From Pyrinomonadaceae bacterium (GTDB lineage: Bacteria; Acidobacteriota; Blastocatellia; Pyrinomonadales; Pyrinomonadaceae), in assembly GCA_035553235.1 (NCBI GenBank), contig DATNDM010000210.1, positions 1 to 30,312 of the forward strand: a stretch of DNA of 30,312 nt, written 5' to 3'. A program made the position numbers and the translations under genes. The notes below the pieces were generated by a model. It did not search any database. It was given only the letters and a program-made list of their open reading frames with translations, and had not been told where the DNA came from. Shown one piece after another: positions 21,032 through 30,083 of this stretch. Numbering within the stretch: position 1 is the first letter of the stretch; every line of letters begins with the position of its first letter.

Positions 21032-24000
21032 ATGAGCACCAATCACAATGTCGAATCGCTGAGTAGACGAATCGAAGAACTTTCACCGGTAAGACGTGCG
21101 CTGCTCGACAAACTGCTGAAGGCTAAGGGTGTAGGAACCACACCCGAGTCAACCAGGATTCAGCGGCGCGTGAAAGCAGACTTCACTCCTCTCTCTTTCG
21201 CGCAACAGCGAATGTGGGTCTTGTACCAACTCGACCCGACAAATCCTTCGTACGTCATGCCTGATGCAGTTCGGCTGCAGGGACCGCTCGATATCTCTGC
21301 CTTACAGCAGGGTTTTGAAGAGATCGTGCGTCGTCATGACATCTTGCGTACTACTTACCACATTACAGAACGCGGCCCTTCGCAAGTGATAGCACCCGAG
21401 CAGGCAGTCTCGGAGTTCCTTGACTTCGCCTTCGTTGATTACAGCGAGATGCCCGCGGACGAAGCTGAAGACGCAGCACGTCGATTAACCTTAAAAGAAG
21501 CCGTAACCGTATTTGATTTAGCGCAAGGAAAGCAGTTGCGCATCAGAGTGATCCGGCTCAACGAAGAAGAGCACATCATTCTGTTTGCGCTGCACCACAT
21601 CGCTTCTGATGTTTGGTCTCTCAACATCTTCGCACGCGAAATTGCCACACTGTATGACGCTTTCTCGCAGGGTAAGCCGTCGCCTTTACCCGATCTCGAG
21701 ATTCAATACGCAGACTTTGCCGTTTGGCAGCGTGAGTTCCTGCAGGGCGAGACTTATGAAAAGCAGTTGTCTTACTGGAAGGAGCATTTGAAAGATGCTC
21801 CGCCGCTGTTGGAATTGCCCACCGATCGGCCTCGTCCCGCAATTCAGAGTTTTAACGGATCATCTCGATCGTTCGGGCTGAACAAAGCCCTTTCGCAGCA
21901 GTTGCTGACGTTGACGCGCCAGGAAGATGCGACGTTGTTCATGGTGTTGTTGACCGCCTTCTATATCTTGCTGCATCGCTATACGGGTGAGAAAGACATC
22001 GTCGTCGGCACTCCGATGGCCGGTCGAAATCAGTCTGAAACTGAAGCACTGATTGGGTTCTTTATCAACACGCTGGGCTTGCGCACTAAGTTGTCGGGCG
22101 AGCTTAGTTTTCGGGAACTTCTGAAGAGTGTGCGCGAAGTTGTGTTGGGAGCGTCCGAGCATCAGGACTTCCCGTTCGAGCAGTTGGTCGAGGAACTGCA
22201 ACCGGAACGAAGTCTCAGCTATTCACCGATCTTTCAGGCGATGTTTGCGTTGCAGAATGTGCGTGGAGCGGGACTCGAACTGCCGGGCCTGAAATTGGTT
22301 CCCGTGCTCAGGGATGCGCTTGTCGCGAAGTTCGATTTGACTCTGTTCATGGCAGAGAGTGGCGGCGATATCGACGGCACTTTCGAATACAACACAGACC
22401 TCTTTGATCGCTCCACCATCGAAAGGATGACTGGACACCTCGAGCGCTTGTTGGAAGGGATTGTTGCCGACCCGGACCAGCGCATTTCGGAATTACCATT
22501 TCTCTCGCCCGCGGAAGAGGAGCAACAGATATCCGCGTGGAATCAAACTGCGCGTGAGTTCCCAGCAAACGCATGTGTGCATCACCTGTTTGAAGAACAA
22601 GTGAAGCGAACTCCGCAAGCTATCGCTCTTCGCTGTGGTTCAGTCGAGCTTTCCTACACCGAGTTGGACCAAAGGGCGAATGAGCTCGCTCGATATTTAA
22701 TGTCACACGGCGTTTCAGGAGAAGCACTCGTTGCAGTCTGCTTGCCGCGTTCGGCCGAAATGGTCATCAGCTTGCTGGCAGTCTTGAAAGCGGGTGGCGC
22801 TTATTTGCCGCTCGACCTGTCGTCTCCGCCGCGGCGTTTGAACGCGATCCTCACGGAAGCGCAGCCGCGCGTGTTGCTCACCGTTTCCGAATGGCGAGAG
22901 CGGTTGCCCGTCGGAACAGAAACGATCGTTTTAGAGCTTGATGGTGCATGGGAAGACCACGAGTGGTCCATGTCGGGCGCGACAGTTCACGATACGCCGG
23001 CGATCGATCCGGACAATCTGGCATACGTCATCTACACGTCGGGTTCTACGGGACAACCGAAGGGCGCAATGATCACGCACAGGGGCGTCGTCAACTATCT
23101 GACTTTCTGTCAGAACGCCTATCCGTTAACTGAAGGCAGCGGCGCGGTCGTGCATTCACCGATTGGTTTTGACCTGACGGTGACGAGCTTGTACGGGCCG
23201 TTGGTCAGCGGCGGCTGTGTGTATCTGCTTGAAGAAAACGAAGGGGTAGAAGGTTTGGCGAAAGCGTTGCAGCAGCCGGGCCGGCCTTACAGTCTGATTA
23301 AGTTGACGCCCGCACACCTCGAGATGCTGAGCCGGTTGATCAGCCCGGACAGCCCGGTGCAGACCCGCTCGTTCGTGATTGGTGGTGAGGCGTTGTACGG
23401 CAATGATGTGAAGACCTGGCAAGAGCGAGCGCCTGAGGTGCGCTTGATCAACGAGTACGGGCCGACCGAGACGGTGGTCGGATGTTGCGTGTTTGAAGTG
23501 GAAGCGCAAAGCGATGTGACGCCGTTGGTGCCCATCGGACGCCCGATAGCTAACACGAGGTTGTACATACTGAATGACGACATGACGGTGTTGCCGGCGG
23601 GAGGCAAGGGCGAGTTGTACATCGGCGGCGAAGGCGTGGGCCGCGGTTATCTGCGTAACCCGGTGGTAACTGCGGAGCGGTTTGTGCCGGATCCTTTTAG
23701 CGAAGACGGTGGCGGGCGCCTCTATCGAACCGGCGACCTCGCTCGTTATCGCAAGGATGGGTCGATCGAGTATCTCGGACGCAAAGACAGTCAGGTAAAG
23801 GTGAGAGGCTACCGGATCGAGCTAGGTGAGATTGAAGCCGTGCTCAAAACATTCGAACTGGTCCAGGATGCCATCGTCCTGCAAAAAGGCGAATCGAGGG
23901 AAGAGCAGCGGCTGGTGGCCTATGTTGTGCCGAAGGCAAATACCGATCTGACGATCGCCGCTGTTCGTGATTACCTCAAATCCGAGTTACCGCCTTACAT

Positions 24001-25195
24001 GATCCCTGCCGCGATCATGATCATCGATGCCTTGCCGTTGACGCTGAATGGAAAGATCGACTACCGCGAGCTGCCGGCCTGGGACGCTGAGCAAGCGCCG
24101 GTGCGCACGTCATATGTGGCGCCGCGCAATCTTATCGAACTCCACGTCGCGGAGATTTGGCAAGAGGTGTTGAATGTGCCGCGCGTCGGAGCTACCGATA
24201 ACTTTTTTGAGCTGGGTGGCCATTCGATGTTGGGCATGCGCGTCTCCGCCCGAGTGTTTGAAAAATTTGGATACGAGTTGCCGCTTTCCGTGTTTTTCGA
24301 GGGCGGCACGGTCGAACACGTCGCCTCACTGATTCGGAACCAGACAAACATGTCGTCGTCGCATCTGGTCATGCTGCAAAGCGGCACTTCAGGACCACCG
24401 ATTTTCCTGGTCCACCCGATCGGCGGCGGCATCGTTTGTTACGTATACCTGGCACGACATCTTGGTGCGGACCAACGTGTTTACGCGTTCCAGGCGCTCG
24501 AGAAAGACGATCCGCACACGCAGGTTGAAGAGATGGCTGCCAGTTACATCGAGGCCATGCGCGAGGCTGAACCGAACGGGCCTTATCTTCTTGGCGGTTA
24601 TTCTTTCGGATCGTACGTAGCGTTTGAGATGGCATGTCAGTTAAAGCGAGCGGGACAGAACGTCGAGCTGCTTGCGATCTTCGACAACGGAAAACCGGGC
24701 TTGATCGATCAGGCGCCCGAAGATGATCCGGCCACCGGAGAGGATCCGGTTGCGCTGGCTCGAATTCTCGAAAACTTCGCGAACCTGAAAGAGCCTCTGC
24801 CGATCGATGAAGATTACCTGCGGCAACTCGGACCGGATGAACAACTGCTGTACATCATGGAGCAGGCGAAGAAGGCTCGGATCATGCCGCAGGAACTCAC
24901 GCTGCATCAGGTGAAGCGTTCGCTACACAATTTCAAGAGCAGAGTAGAGGCAGCGCGCACTTATGTGCCGCCGCTGTATCCGGGCAAGGTCACCCTCTTC
25001 AAGGGTGTCGAAATACAACCCTGGGACCAGGATTACTTAGCGGCCGATCCCACCTGGGGTTGGGGCGGAATTTCTACGGAGCCTGTCGAATTGCACAGTG
25101 TCGCAGGCTCTCACGAGACTGTGATCGCGGAGCCGGCTGTTATTGATCTAGCGGCAAAGCTCAAACAATGTATCGCTCGAATCGAGAGGAAGTAA
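21032..25195 (+). CDS. Terminal NRPS module C-A(Asn)-PCP-TE
   Basis: ATG 21032 preferred because the track extension from 20891 runs through the repeat. N-terminal docking helix LSPVRRALLDKLL. C HHIASDV. A code DLTKVGEVGK (Asn type). PCP GGHSM. TE LVHP, GYSFG (GxSxG), SH near the C-terminus. Confidence 0.94.
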   Translation: MSTNHNVESLSRRIEELSPVRRALLDKLLKAKGVGTTPESTRIQRRVKADFTPLSFAQQRMWVLYQLDPTNPSYVMPDAVRLQGPLDISALQQGFEEIVRRHDILRTTYHITERGPSQVIAPEQAVSEFLDFAFVDYSEMPADEAEDAARRLTLKEAVTVFDLAQGKQLRIRVIRLNEEEHIILFALHHIASDVWSLNIFAREIATLYDAFSQGKPSPLPDLEIQYADFAVWQREFLQGETYEKQLSYWKEHLKDAPPLLELPTDRPRPAIQSFNGSSRSFGLNKALSQQLLTLTRQEDATLFMVLLTAFYILLHRYTGEKDIVVGTPMAGRNQSETEALIGFFINTLGLRTKLSGELSFRELLKSVREVVLGASEHQDFPFEQLVEELQPERSLSYSPIFQAMFALQNVRGAGLELPGLKLVPVLRDALVAKFDLTLFMAESGGDIDGTFEYNTDLFDRSTIERMTGHLERLLEGIVADPDQRISELPFLSPAEEEQQISAWNQTAREFPANACVHHLFEEQVKRTPQAIALRCGSVELSYTELDQRANELARYLMSHGVSGEALVAVCLPRSAEMVISLLAVLKAGGAYLPLDLSSPPRRLNAILTEAQPRVLLTVSEWRERLPVGTETIVLELDGAWEDHEWSMSGATVHDTPAIDPDNLAYVIYTSGSTGQPKGAMITHRGVVNYLTFCQNAYPLTEGSGAVVHSPIGFDLTVTSLYGPLVSGGCVYLLEENEGVEGLAKALQQPGRPYSLIKLTPAHLEMLSRLISPDSPVQTRSFVIGGEALYGNDVKTWQERAPEVRLINEYGPTETVVGCCVFEVEAQSDVTPLVPIGRPIANTRLYILNDDMTVLPAGGKGELYIGGEGVGRGYLRNPVVTAERFVPDPFSEDGGGRLYRTGDLARYRKDGSIEYLGRKDSQVKVRGYRIELGEIEAVLKTFELVQDAIVLQKGESREEQRLVAYVVPKANTDLTIAAVRDYLKSELPPYMIPAAIMIIDALPLTLNGKIDYRELPAWDAEQAPVRTSYVAPRNLIELHVAEIWQEVLNVPRVGATDNFFELGGHSMLGMRVSARVFEKFGYELPLSVFFEGGTVEHVASLIRNQTNMSSSHLVMLQSGTSGPPIFLVHPIGGGIVCYVYLARHLGADQRVYAFQALEKDDPHTQVEEMAASYIEAMREAEPNGPYLLGGYSFGSYVAFEMACQLKRAGQNVELLAIFDNGKPGLIDQAPEDDPATGEDPVALARILENFANLKEPLPIDEDYLRQLGPDEQLLYIMEQAKKARIMPQELTLHQVKRSLHNFKSRVEAARTYVPPLYPGKVTLFKGVEIQPWDQDYLAADPTWGWGGISTEPVELHSVAGSHETVIAEPAVIDLAAKLKQCIARIERK

Positions 25196-25198
25196 GTT

Positions 25199-26869
25199 AT
25201 GAAGATCATCTATTTCATGATGCGGTATTCGCGGCGGCTGCTGCTGCTGGCCGTAATCGCAGGCATCGTTAGTGGCGCCGCAAACACGGCATTGCTGGCC
25301 GTCATCAACAACGCCTTAAACAAAACACCAACGCGCGAAATGACTTTGGCTATGGTGTTCGTCGGGCTTTGCATCGTGGTGCCAGTGACTCGAATAGTAG
25401 CGGAATTGTTGCTGGCCCACCTGGGCCAGGGTGCGCTCTACCAGTTGCGCATGGATCTGAGCCGCCAGATTCTCGGTGTACCGTTGCGGCATCTCGAAGA
25501 GGTCGGGGTGCATCGGCTCATGGCAGCGCTGACGGACGATGTGCCTACCATCACGAACATCGTCACTGTAATTCCGATTCTGTGTATCAACATTGCGGTG
25601 GCATTGAGTTGCCTGATCTACATGGCCTGGCTCTCATGGCCGTTGTTTTTCGCAGTCATCGCGATCATCGTCCTCGGAATTATCAGCTACCAATTGCCGG
25701 TGGTGAAGTCCTTCCATTACATGACGCTCGCGCGGCGGGAAGGCGACAATCTTTTCAGTCACTTCAGAGCTCTCACTGAAGGAATCAAGGAGCTCAAGAT
25801 TCATGCTGCCCGGCGCAAGGCTTTCCTCTCGGATACGTTGGAGACCACGGCATCGACCTTCCGCCGTCATAACATCGTCGCGCTGACGATCTACTCCATC
25901 GCTTCGAGTTGGGGGCAGATGCTGGTTTTCGTTGTGATTGGTTTGCTGCTCTTTGTGCTGTCCGGCTGGTTCGGCATCAACGCGCTGGTCATGACAGGCT
26001 TCACGCTGACAATCCTCTACCTGATGACACCGTTGCAGGTGATCATGAATACGCTGCCAAACATGGGGCGGGCCAACGTCGCGTTGAATAACGTCGAACA
26101 GCTCGGCCTGTCGCTTGTCCCCAGCACGACTGAAGAGGAATCGCCGAAGCTGCTCGCGGAAGGAAGTTCATGGTCCAGCCTGGAACTATCCGGAGTGACT
26201 CACAACTACCAGCGAGAAGGCGAAGAAAGTCTTTTCGTGCTTGGACCTATCAACCTGCAGATGTCTCCCGGTGAGTTGATCTTCGTGACGGGCGGCAACG
26301 GCAGCGGCAAGACGACACTGGCAAAGCTAATCCTCGGACTTTACACACCTGAAAGCGGCGAAATCAGTCTTAACGGCCAAACCATTACCGCCGATCTGAC
26401 GGATTACTATCGCCAACACTTTTCCGTAGTGTTCTCTGACTACTTTCTCTTCGATACGCTGCTTGGCCTGAACTCAGAAGAACTCGACGGGAAAGCGCGC
26501 CAGTATTTGGCCCAACTGCAACTTGCTCACAAGGTCAACGTTAAGGACGGCAACTTTTCGACGACAGACCTTTCACAGGGCCAACGCAAACGACTGGCGC
26601 TGCTGACCGCCTACCTTGAAGATCGGCCCATCTATCTGTTTGACGAGTGGGCCGCTGATCAGGATCCGCTTTTCAAGGAAATCTTCTATTACCAGATCCT
26701 GCCGGAGTTGAAAGCGAGAGGAAAGACCGTCATCGCCATCACGCACGATGACCGGTATTACCACGTCGGCGATCGCGTGATTAAGTTGGACAACGGCCAG
26801 ATCGTTTACGACAAGCCCGCCTCGGAGCTGGCCGGCGTCTTCGACGAGCTAACAGCAATGGCAGTCTAA
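25199..26869 (+). CDS. Cyclic peptide export ABC transporter (SyrD/PvdE/YojI family, fused TMD-NBD)
   Basis: Hydrophobic N-terminal half. Walker A GGNGSGKTT, signature LSQGQRKRLAL, family motif FDEWAADQDP, THDDRY. Starts 3 nt after the TE gene stop. Confidence 0.95.
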   Translation: MKIIYFMMRYSRRLLLLAVIAGIVSGAANTALLAVINNALNKTPTREMTLAMVFVGLCIVVPVTRIVAELLLAHLGQGALYQLRMDLSRQILGVPLRHLEEVGVHRLMAALTDDVPTITNIVTVIPILCINIAVALSCLIYMAWLSWPLFFAVIAIIVLGIISYQLPVVKSFHYMTLARREGDNLFSHFRALTEGIKELKIHAARRKAFLSDTLETTASTFRRHNIVALTIYSIASSWGQMLVFVVIGLLLFVLSGWFGINALVMTGFTLTILYLMTPLQVIMNTLPNMGRANVALNNVEQLGLSLVPSTTEEESPKLLAEGSSWSSLELSGVTHNYQREGEESLFVLGPINLQMSPGELIFVTGGNGSGKTTLAKLILGLYTPESGEISLNGQTITADLTDYYRQHFSVVFSDYFLFDTLLGLNSEELDGKARQYLAQLQLAHKVNVKDGNFSTTDLSQGQRKRLALLTAYLEDRPIYLFDEWAADQDPLFKEIFYYQILPELKARGKTVIAITHDDRYYHVGDRVIKLDNGQIVYDKPASELAGVFDELTAMAV

Positions 26870-26947
26870 CCCACTTTAATTTCCAGTTAACCAGACCTGT
26901 ACAACGGGCCCCACGCCCGGCTGTCCAAGTCTTTCCACAAACAAGCG

Positions 26948-27125
26948 TTGCCTCAAAAGTCCAAAATGATTCTTGGATCGGGTCAGTACAGGGAGCGGTA
27001 GCGACCTGGTCAAACGATGGTAGTCAGAAATCGTTAGCAAATCTCGCATGCTAATCACGGACCAGGTCGCTACCGCTCCCTGTACTGACCCGATCCAAGT
27101 TGCCATTCCCACTTTGAGGCAAAGC
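26948..27125. repeat. Family-2 hairpin repeat (REP-like), complete copy
   Basis: Perfect 40-bp inverted arms 26972-27011 and 27060-27099 (CTTGGATCGGGTCAGTACAGGGAGCGGTAGCGACCTGGTC), 48-nt loop, outer IR TTGCCTCAAAAGT / ACTTTGAGGCAA. Confidence 0.92.
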
Positions 27126-27167
27126 TCCACAAACAACTACTTCAATCAATAAACAGAGGAGACTCAA

Positions 27168-27392
27168 ATGAACAGAGACGAACAAGAAGACAACACCATT
27201 TACCAGGTGGTTGTTAACCATGAAGAACAATACTCAATCTGGCCTGCCGATCGGGAAAATGCGCTCGGTTGGAATAACGCCGGAAAGAGCGGCACGAAAG
27301 AGGAGTGTCTGGCCTTTATTAAAGAAGTGTGGACGGACATGAGACCTTTGAGCCTGAGGAAAAAGATGGACCAGGACGCAGCCGCGGCTTAA
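27168..27392 (+). CDS. mbtH: MbtH-like protein (A-domain activator)
   Basis: [35 protein letters not shown], 74 aa, SD GAGGAG upstream. Confidence 0.97.
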   Translation: MNRDEQEDNTIYQVVVNHEEQYSIWPADRENALGWNNAGKSGTKEECLAFIKEVWTDMRPLSLRKKMDQDAAAA

Positions 27393-27402
27393 GCGGCTGC
27401 GT
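27376..27402 (+). terminator. Stem-loop overlapping the mbtH stop codon (possible terminator or mRNA stabiliser)
   Basis: ACGCAGCCGC-GGCTTAA-GCGGCTGCGT: perfect 10-bp stem. No poly-U tract follows. Confidence 0.3.
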
Positions 27403-27458
27403 GCTGGTTCAATTCCAGCGCAGGTTGCACAGAAACATACGGAAGTGAGGTGTTACCC

Positions 27459-28592
27459 GTGAGATCGTTTTTAGGAAGAGCTTTTCGTGTGACCATTCTG
27501 TTACTCAGCATTGCCTGTGTAGCGGTTGTGCATTCGCACGAAAACGGCCCTCGCAGAAAAATTTTCCCGACGAAGACGAACGGCGTCTTCGCCAACCAAA
27601 TGAAGGAGCAGACTAAAATGACCGAGACGATTAAGAAATCATTTCCGGTCAGTCCCGGCGGTTCGCTGACTGTGAAATCGACTATCGGAACGGTGAAGGT
27701 GCAAGCGGCCGATACTAACAACGTCGACATCGAACTTGTCCGTCAAATAAAAGCCGCCAACGAGCAGGAACGCGAGCAGGTCATCAAAGACTTGCAACTC
27801 GAATTTGTGCACAAAGGCAGCGACGTTGAAGTTCTTGTCAAGCAGCCTGAAGACTGGGACTGGAAAAGGATCAAGCGAGTTACGTTGGACATGAACATCA
27901 CCGTGCCGCTCACATACAACGTTAAAGTGCGGACGATTGGCGTCATCGAGACGAACGACCTGCAAGGCAAGGTCGAACTCGCCAGCTCCGGGTTTCCTCT
28001 GACCACAGGGAACGTCCGTGGCAGCGTCAATCTTTCAAGCTCAGGCGGTCAAATCAATGCGGGTGACGTTCACGGACCGGCGACAGTGTCGAGTGATGGC
28101 GGCGCCATTCGCATCGGCGATATCGACGGAGATCTTAACGTCCAGAGCAGCGGCGGCTCGATCAACGCCGGGCGCGTCGACGGCTCGGTGACGGCCCATT
28201 CAGCCGGTGGGCCCATACGCATCAGGGAAGTAACGAATTCGATCAAGGCGATCACGCAGGGCGGCGGGTTCAGCACCTATATCTCACGTCAACCGCAGTC
28301 TGATTTGAGCTTTGTGACTGACGGCGGCAGTGTACAGCTGCGGCTGGCCGATAATGTCGGGCTGAATCTGTATGCTGACGTTGGTGCGGGTTCGGTGCTC
28401 AGCGATTACCCACTTCCAGAGCGCGAACCGTCCAGTTCAATTGTCGAAGGCGTTATCAACGGCGGCGGACCAAAGATGACTGTACGTACCGCCGCCGGCA
28501 GTCTGACGCTGCGCAAATGTGATCCTGCGAATCCCGAAACAGAGTCAGAAAAAAAACCATCCACTAGACATGCATGTGGTCACAGCCATTAG
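27459..28592 (+). CDS. DUF4097-like beta-strand repeat protein with probable N-terminal signal/TM segment
   Basis: Repeated (S/T)xGGxIxxGxVxGx(L/V)xxx units (e.g. SSGGQINAGDVHG, SDGGAIRIGDIDG, SSGGSINAGRVDG) and C-terminal INGGGPKMTVRT. Hydrophobic VTILLLSIACVAVV near the N-terminus. GTG 27459 follows GAGGTG; GTG 27450 is the alternative start. Confidence 0.75.
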   Translation: MRSFLGRAFRVTILLLSIACVAVVHSHENGPRRKIFPTKTNGVFANQMKEQTKMTETIKKSFPVSPGGSLTVKSTIGTVKVQAADTNNVDIELVRQIKAANEQEREQVIKDLQLEFVHKGSDVEVLVKQPEDWDWKRIKRVTLDMNITVPLTYNVKVRTIGVIETNDLQGKVELASSGFPLTTGNVRGSVNLSSSGGQINAGDVHGPATVSSDGGAIRIGDIDGDLNVQSSGGSINAGRVDGSVTAHSAGGPIRIREVTNSIKAITQGGGFSTYISRQPQSDLSFVTDGGSVQLRLADNVGLNLYADVGAGSVLSDYPLPEREPSSSIVEGVINGGGPKMTVRTAAGSLTLRKCDPANPETESEKKPSTRHACGHSH

Positions 28593-28626
28593 GCGAAAGT
28601 CGATCAGCTACGATAAGTAAAACCCT

Positions 28627-28752
28627 GGTTTGAGAGATTTCTCTGTGCGACCTCTGTGTTCTCTGTGTCTCTGTGGTTGTAGTGGCCGGAAAATCACCAC
28701 CGAGACACAGAGAACACAGAGGTTGCACAGAGAAGCAGTTCAATCAGGTCAC
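28627..28752. repeat. Family-1 hairpin repeat, copy 5 (reverse orientation of the copy 2 subtype)
   Basis: Arms 28639-28677 and 28696-28734 (2 mismatches). Flanks GGTTTGAGAGAT and GCAGTTCAATCAGGTCAC are reverse complements of the copy 2 flanks apart from small indels. Confidence 0.9.
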
Positions 28753-28851
28753 CATTTAAAACCCACATCTCTTCAATTGTGGAAGACACAATACCGGAAC
28801 TGTCCTTCACCAATTAATCTTGTGAACAGGAGCACTGACGTTCTCTCAATC

Positions 28852-28874
28852 CATCACATCGTCAAGATGTGATG
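28852..28874. promoter_or_regulatory. Candidate operator-like palindrome upstream of the sbnA-like gene
   Basis: CATCACATC-GTCAA-GATGTGATG: perfect 9-bp inverted repeat about 65 nt before ATG 28940. Confidence 0.3.
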
Positions 28875-28939
28875 AGCGTCGCTCCCGTCATTTGTGTCAT
28901 TCCCCTTTAGAGAAACAACAGCTCGGAGGGCGGAAACCA

Positions 28940-29977
28940 ATGCTGGCAGAAGAAAGTATCTCGAGCCGTGCGCGTGACGGCGTTTTATCAGCTATCGGAA
29001 ACACACCACTGGTCAGGTTGCAAAACGTTCTGGGCGACATAACGTTCAATTTGTATGGCAAGCTGGAGATGCTAAATCCCGGCGGTAGTATCAAAGACAG
29101 AACGGCGATCAGTATCCTGCAACATGGTCTTGACACCGGTGAAATCAACGTCGGGACCGTTATCGTTGAGTCCAGTTCAGGCAACATGGGGATCGGTCTC
29201 GCCCAGGCCTGCTTGCAACTCGGGTTGAGGTTCGTCTGTGTCGTGGATCCAAAGACCACGCAACAGAACATTCGCATACTCGAGGCCTACGGGGCAGAGT
29301 TAGATTACGTTAGTGAGCCTGATCCGGTGACGGGCGAATACCTTCAGGCTCGTCTCAACCGGGTGAAATACAAGTTGGGCACTATCAGCAACAGCTTTTG
29401 GCCCAATCAATACGCCAATCTTTACAACCCAAAAGCCCATAGCCATACGATGCATGAGATCGTGACGCAATTGGACGGAAAGCTTGACTATCTATTTTGC
29501 GCGACGAGCACGTGTGGAACGATGCGTGGGTGTGCTGAATACGTGCGCGAGCATCACTTGCCCACAAGGATCATGGCTGTTGACGCGGTCGGCAGTGTCA
29601 TCTTTGGAGGCCCGCGCAAGAAACGCCTGATTCCCGGGCATGGCGCCGCCGTGACGCCGGCGTTATTCGCACCGAACCTGGCCCACCAGGCGATTCATGT
29701 TACCGATGTTGATTGCATAGTGGGCTGTCGCCGCCTGGCGCGAAAGGAAGCGATTCTGGCCGGTGGTTCATCGGGCGCCGTGATCATGGCGGTGGAGAAG
29801 ATCCGGGATTCGATCGAGCCCGATGCCAACTGCGTCGTTATCTTTCCGGATCGAGGGGAACGGTATCTTGACACCATCTATTCCAACGATTGGGTCGAGA
29901 CGCATTTTGGTTCCCTTGAGTACTTGTACGAGAGTTCTGATTACCCGGAACTGATGGAAGTTGCGGAAACTGCTTAA
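28940..29977 (+). CDS. sbnA: PLP-dependent 2,3-diaminopropionate biosynthesis enzyme SbnA-like (cysteine synthase fold)
   Basis: IGNTPLV, KLEMLNPGGSIKDR (PLP Lys), VESSSGNMG, WPNQYAN, STCGT, RLIPGHGA, PDRGERYLDTIY. The WxNQYAN and STxG motifs fit SbnA better than CysK. ATG 28940 follows GGAGG. Confidence 0.85.
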   Translation: MLAEESISSRARDGVLSAIGNTPLVRLQNVLGDITFNLYGKLEMLNPGGSIKDRTAISILQHGLDTGEINVGTVIVESSSGNMGIGLAQACLQLGLRFVCVVDPKTTQQNIRILEAYGAELDYVSEPDPVTGEYLQARLNRVKYKLGTISNSFWPNQYANLYNPKAHSHTMHEIVTQLDGKLDYLFCATSTCGTMRGCAEYVREHHLPTRIMAVDAVGSVIFGGPRKKRLIPGHGAAVTPALFAPNLAHQAIHVTDVDCIVGCRRLARKEAILAGGSSGAVIMAVEKIRDSIEPDANCVVIFPDRGERYLDTIYSNDWVETHFGSLEYLYESSDYPELMEVAETA

Positions 29978-30083
29978 CGAAACTCCGCGACGGCAGCATC
30001 TGAATCTCACCCCACGACCCACACTTACAGCGTCTTACGATCGAGCATCGGTTGTGATTTCAAGAAATATCCGTTGTGACTGA

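Larger units (their letters stand above)
1..29977 (+). other. Hybrid NRPS-PKS biosynthetic gene cluster (5' end outside window)
   Basis: Co-directional run of 3 NRPS genes, 1 type I PKS, TE, MbtH, peptide exporter, TauD-type oxygenase, LanB-N-like enzyme and SbnA-like gene. The first ORF is open at position 1. Confidence 0.97.

Noticed and set aside
21593-21616. HHIASDV (Gly to Val) in the terminal C domain as sign of inactivity
   Set aside because: Both His and the Asp are intact. Variation at the Gly position is tolerated in active C domains, so it is not treated as meaningful.
21032-25195. Sulfazecin-like monobactam formation from Dap by the TE
   Set aside because: The terminal module has an Asn-type code, the TE has a normal Ser nucleophile (GYSFG), the Dap module is internal, and no sulfotransferase is visible.
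26876-27136. Short ORFs over family-2 repeats (26876-27136, 30076-30267) as precursor peptides
   Set aside because: They derive from the palindromic arms (WIGSVQGAVATWS / TRSLPLPVLTR) and are not plausible RiPP precursors.
227-29877. Numerous minus-strand ORFs of 60-252 aa (e.g. 10076-10834, 7187-7792, 20459-20983)
   Set aside because: They are antisense shadows of well-supported + strand genes in moderately GC-rich DNA and show no recognisable domains.
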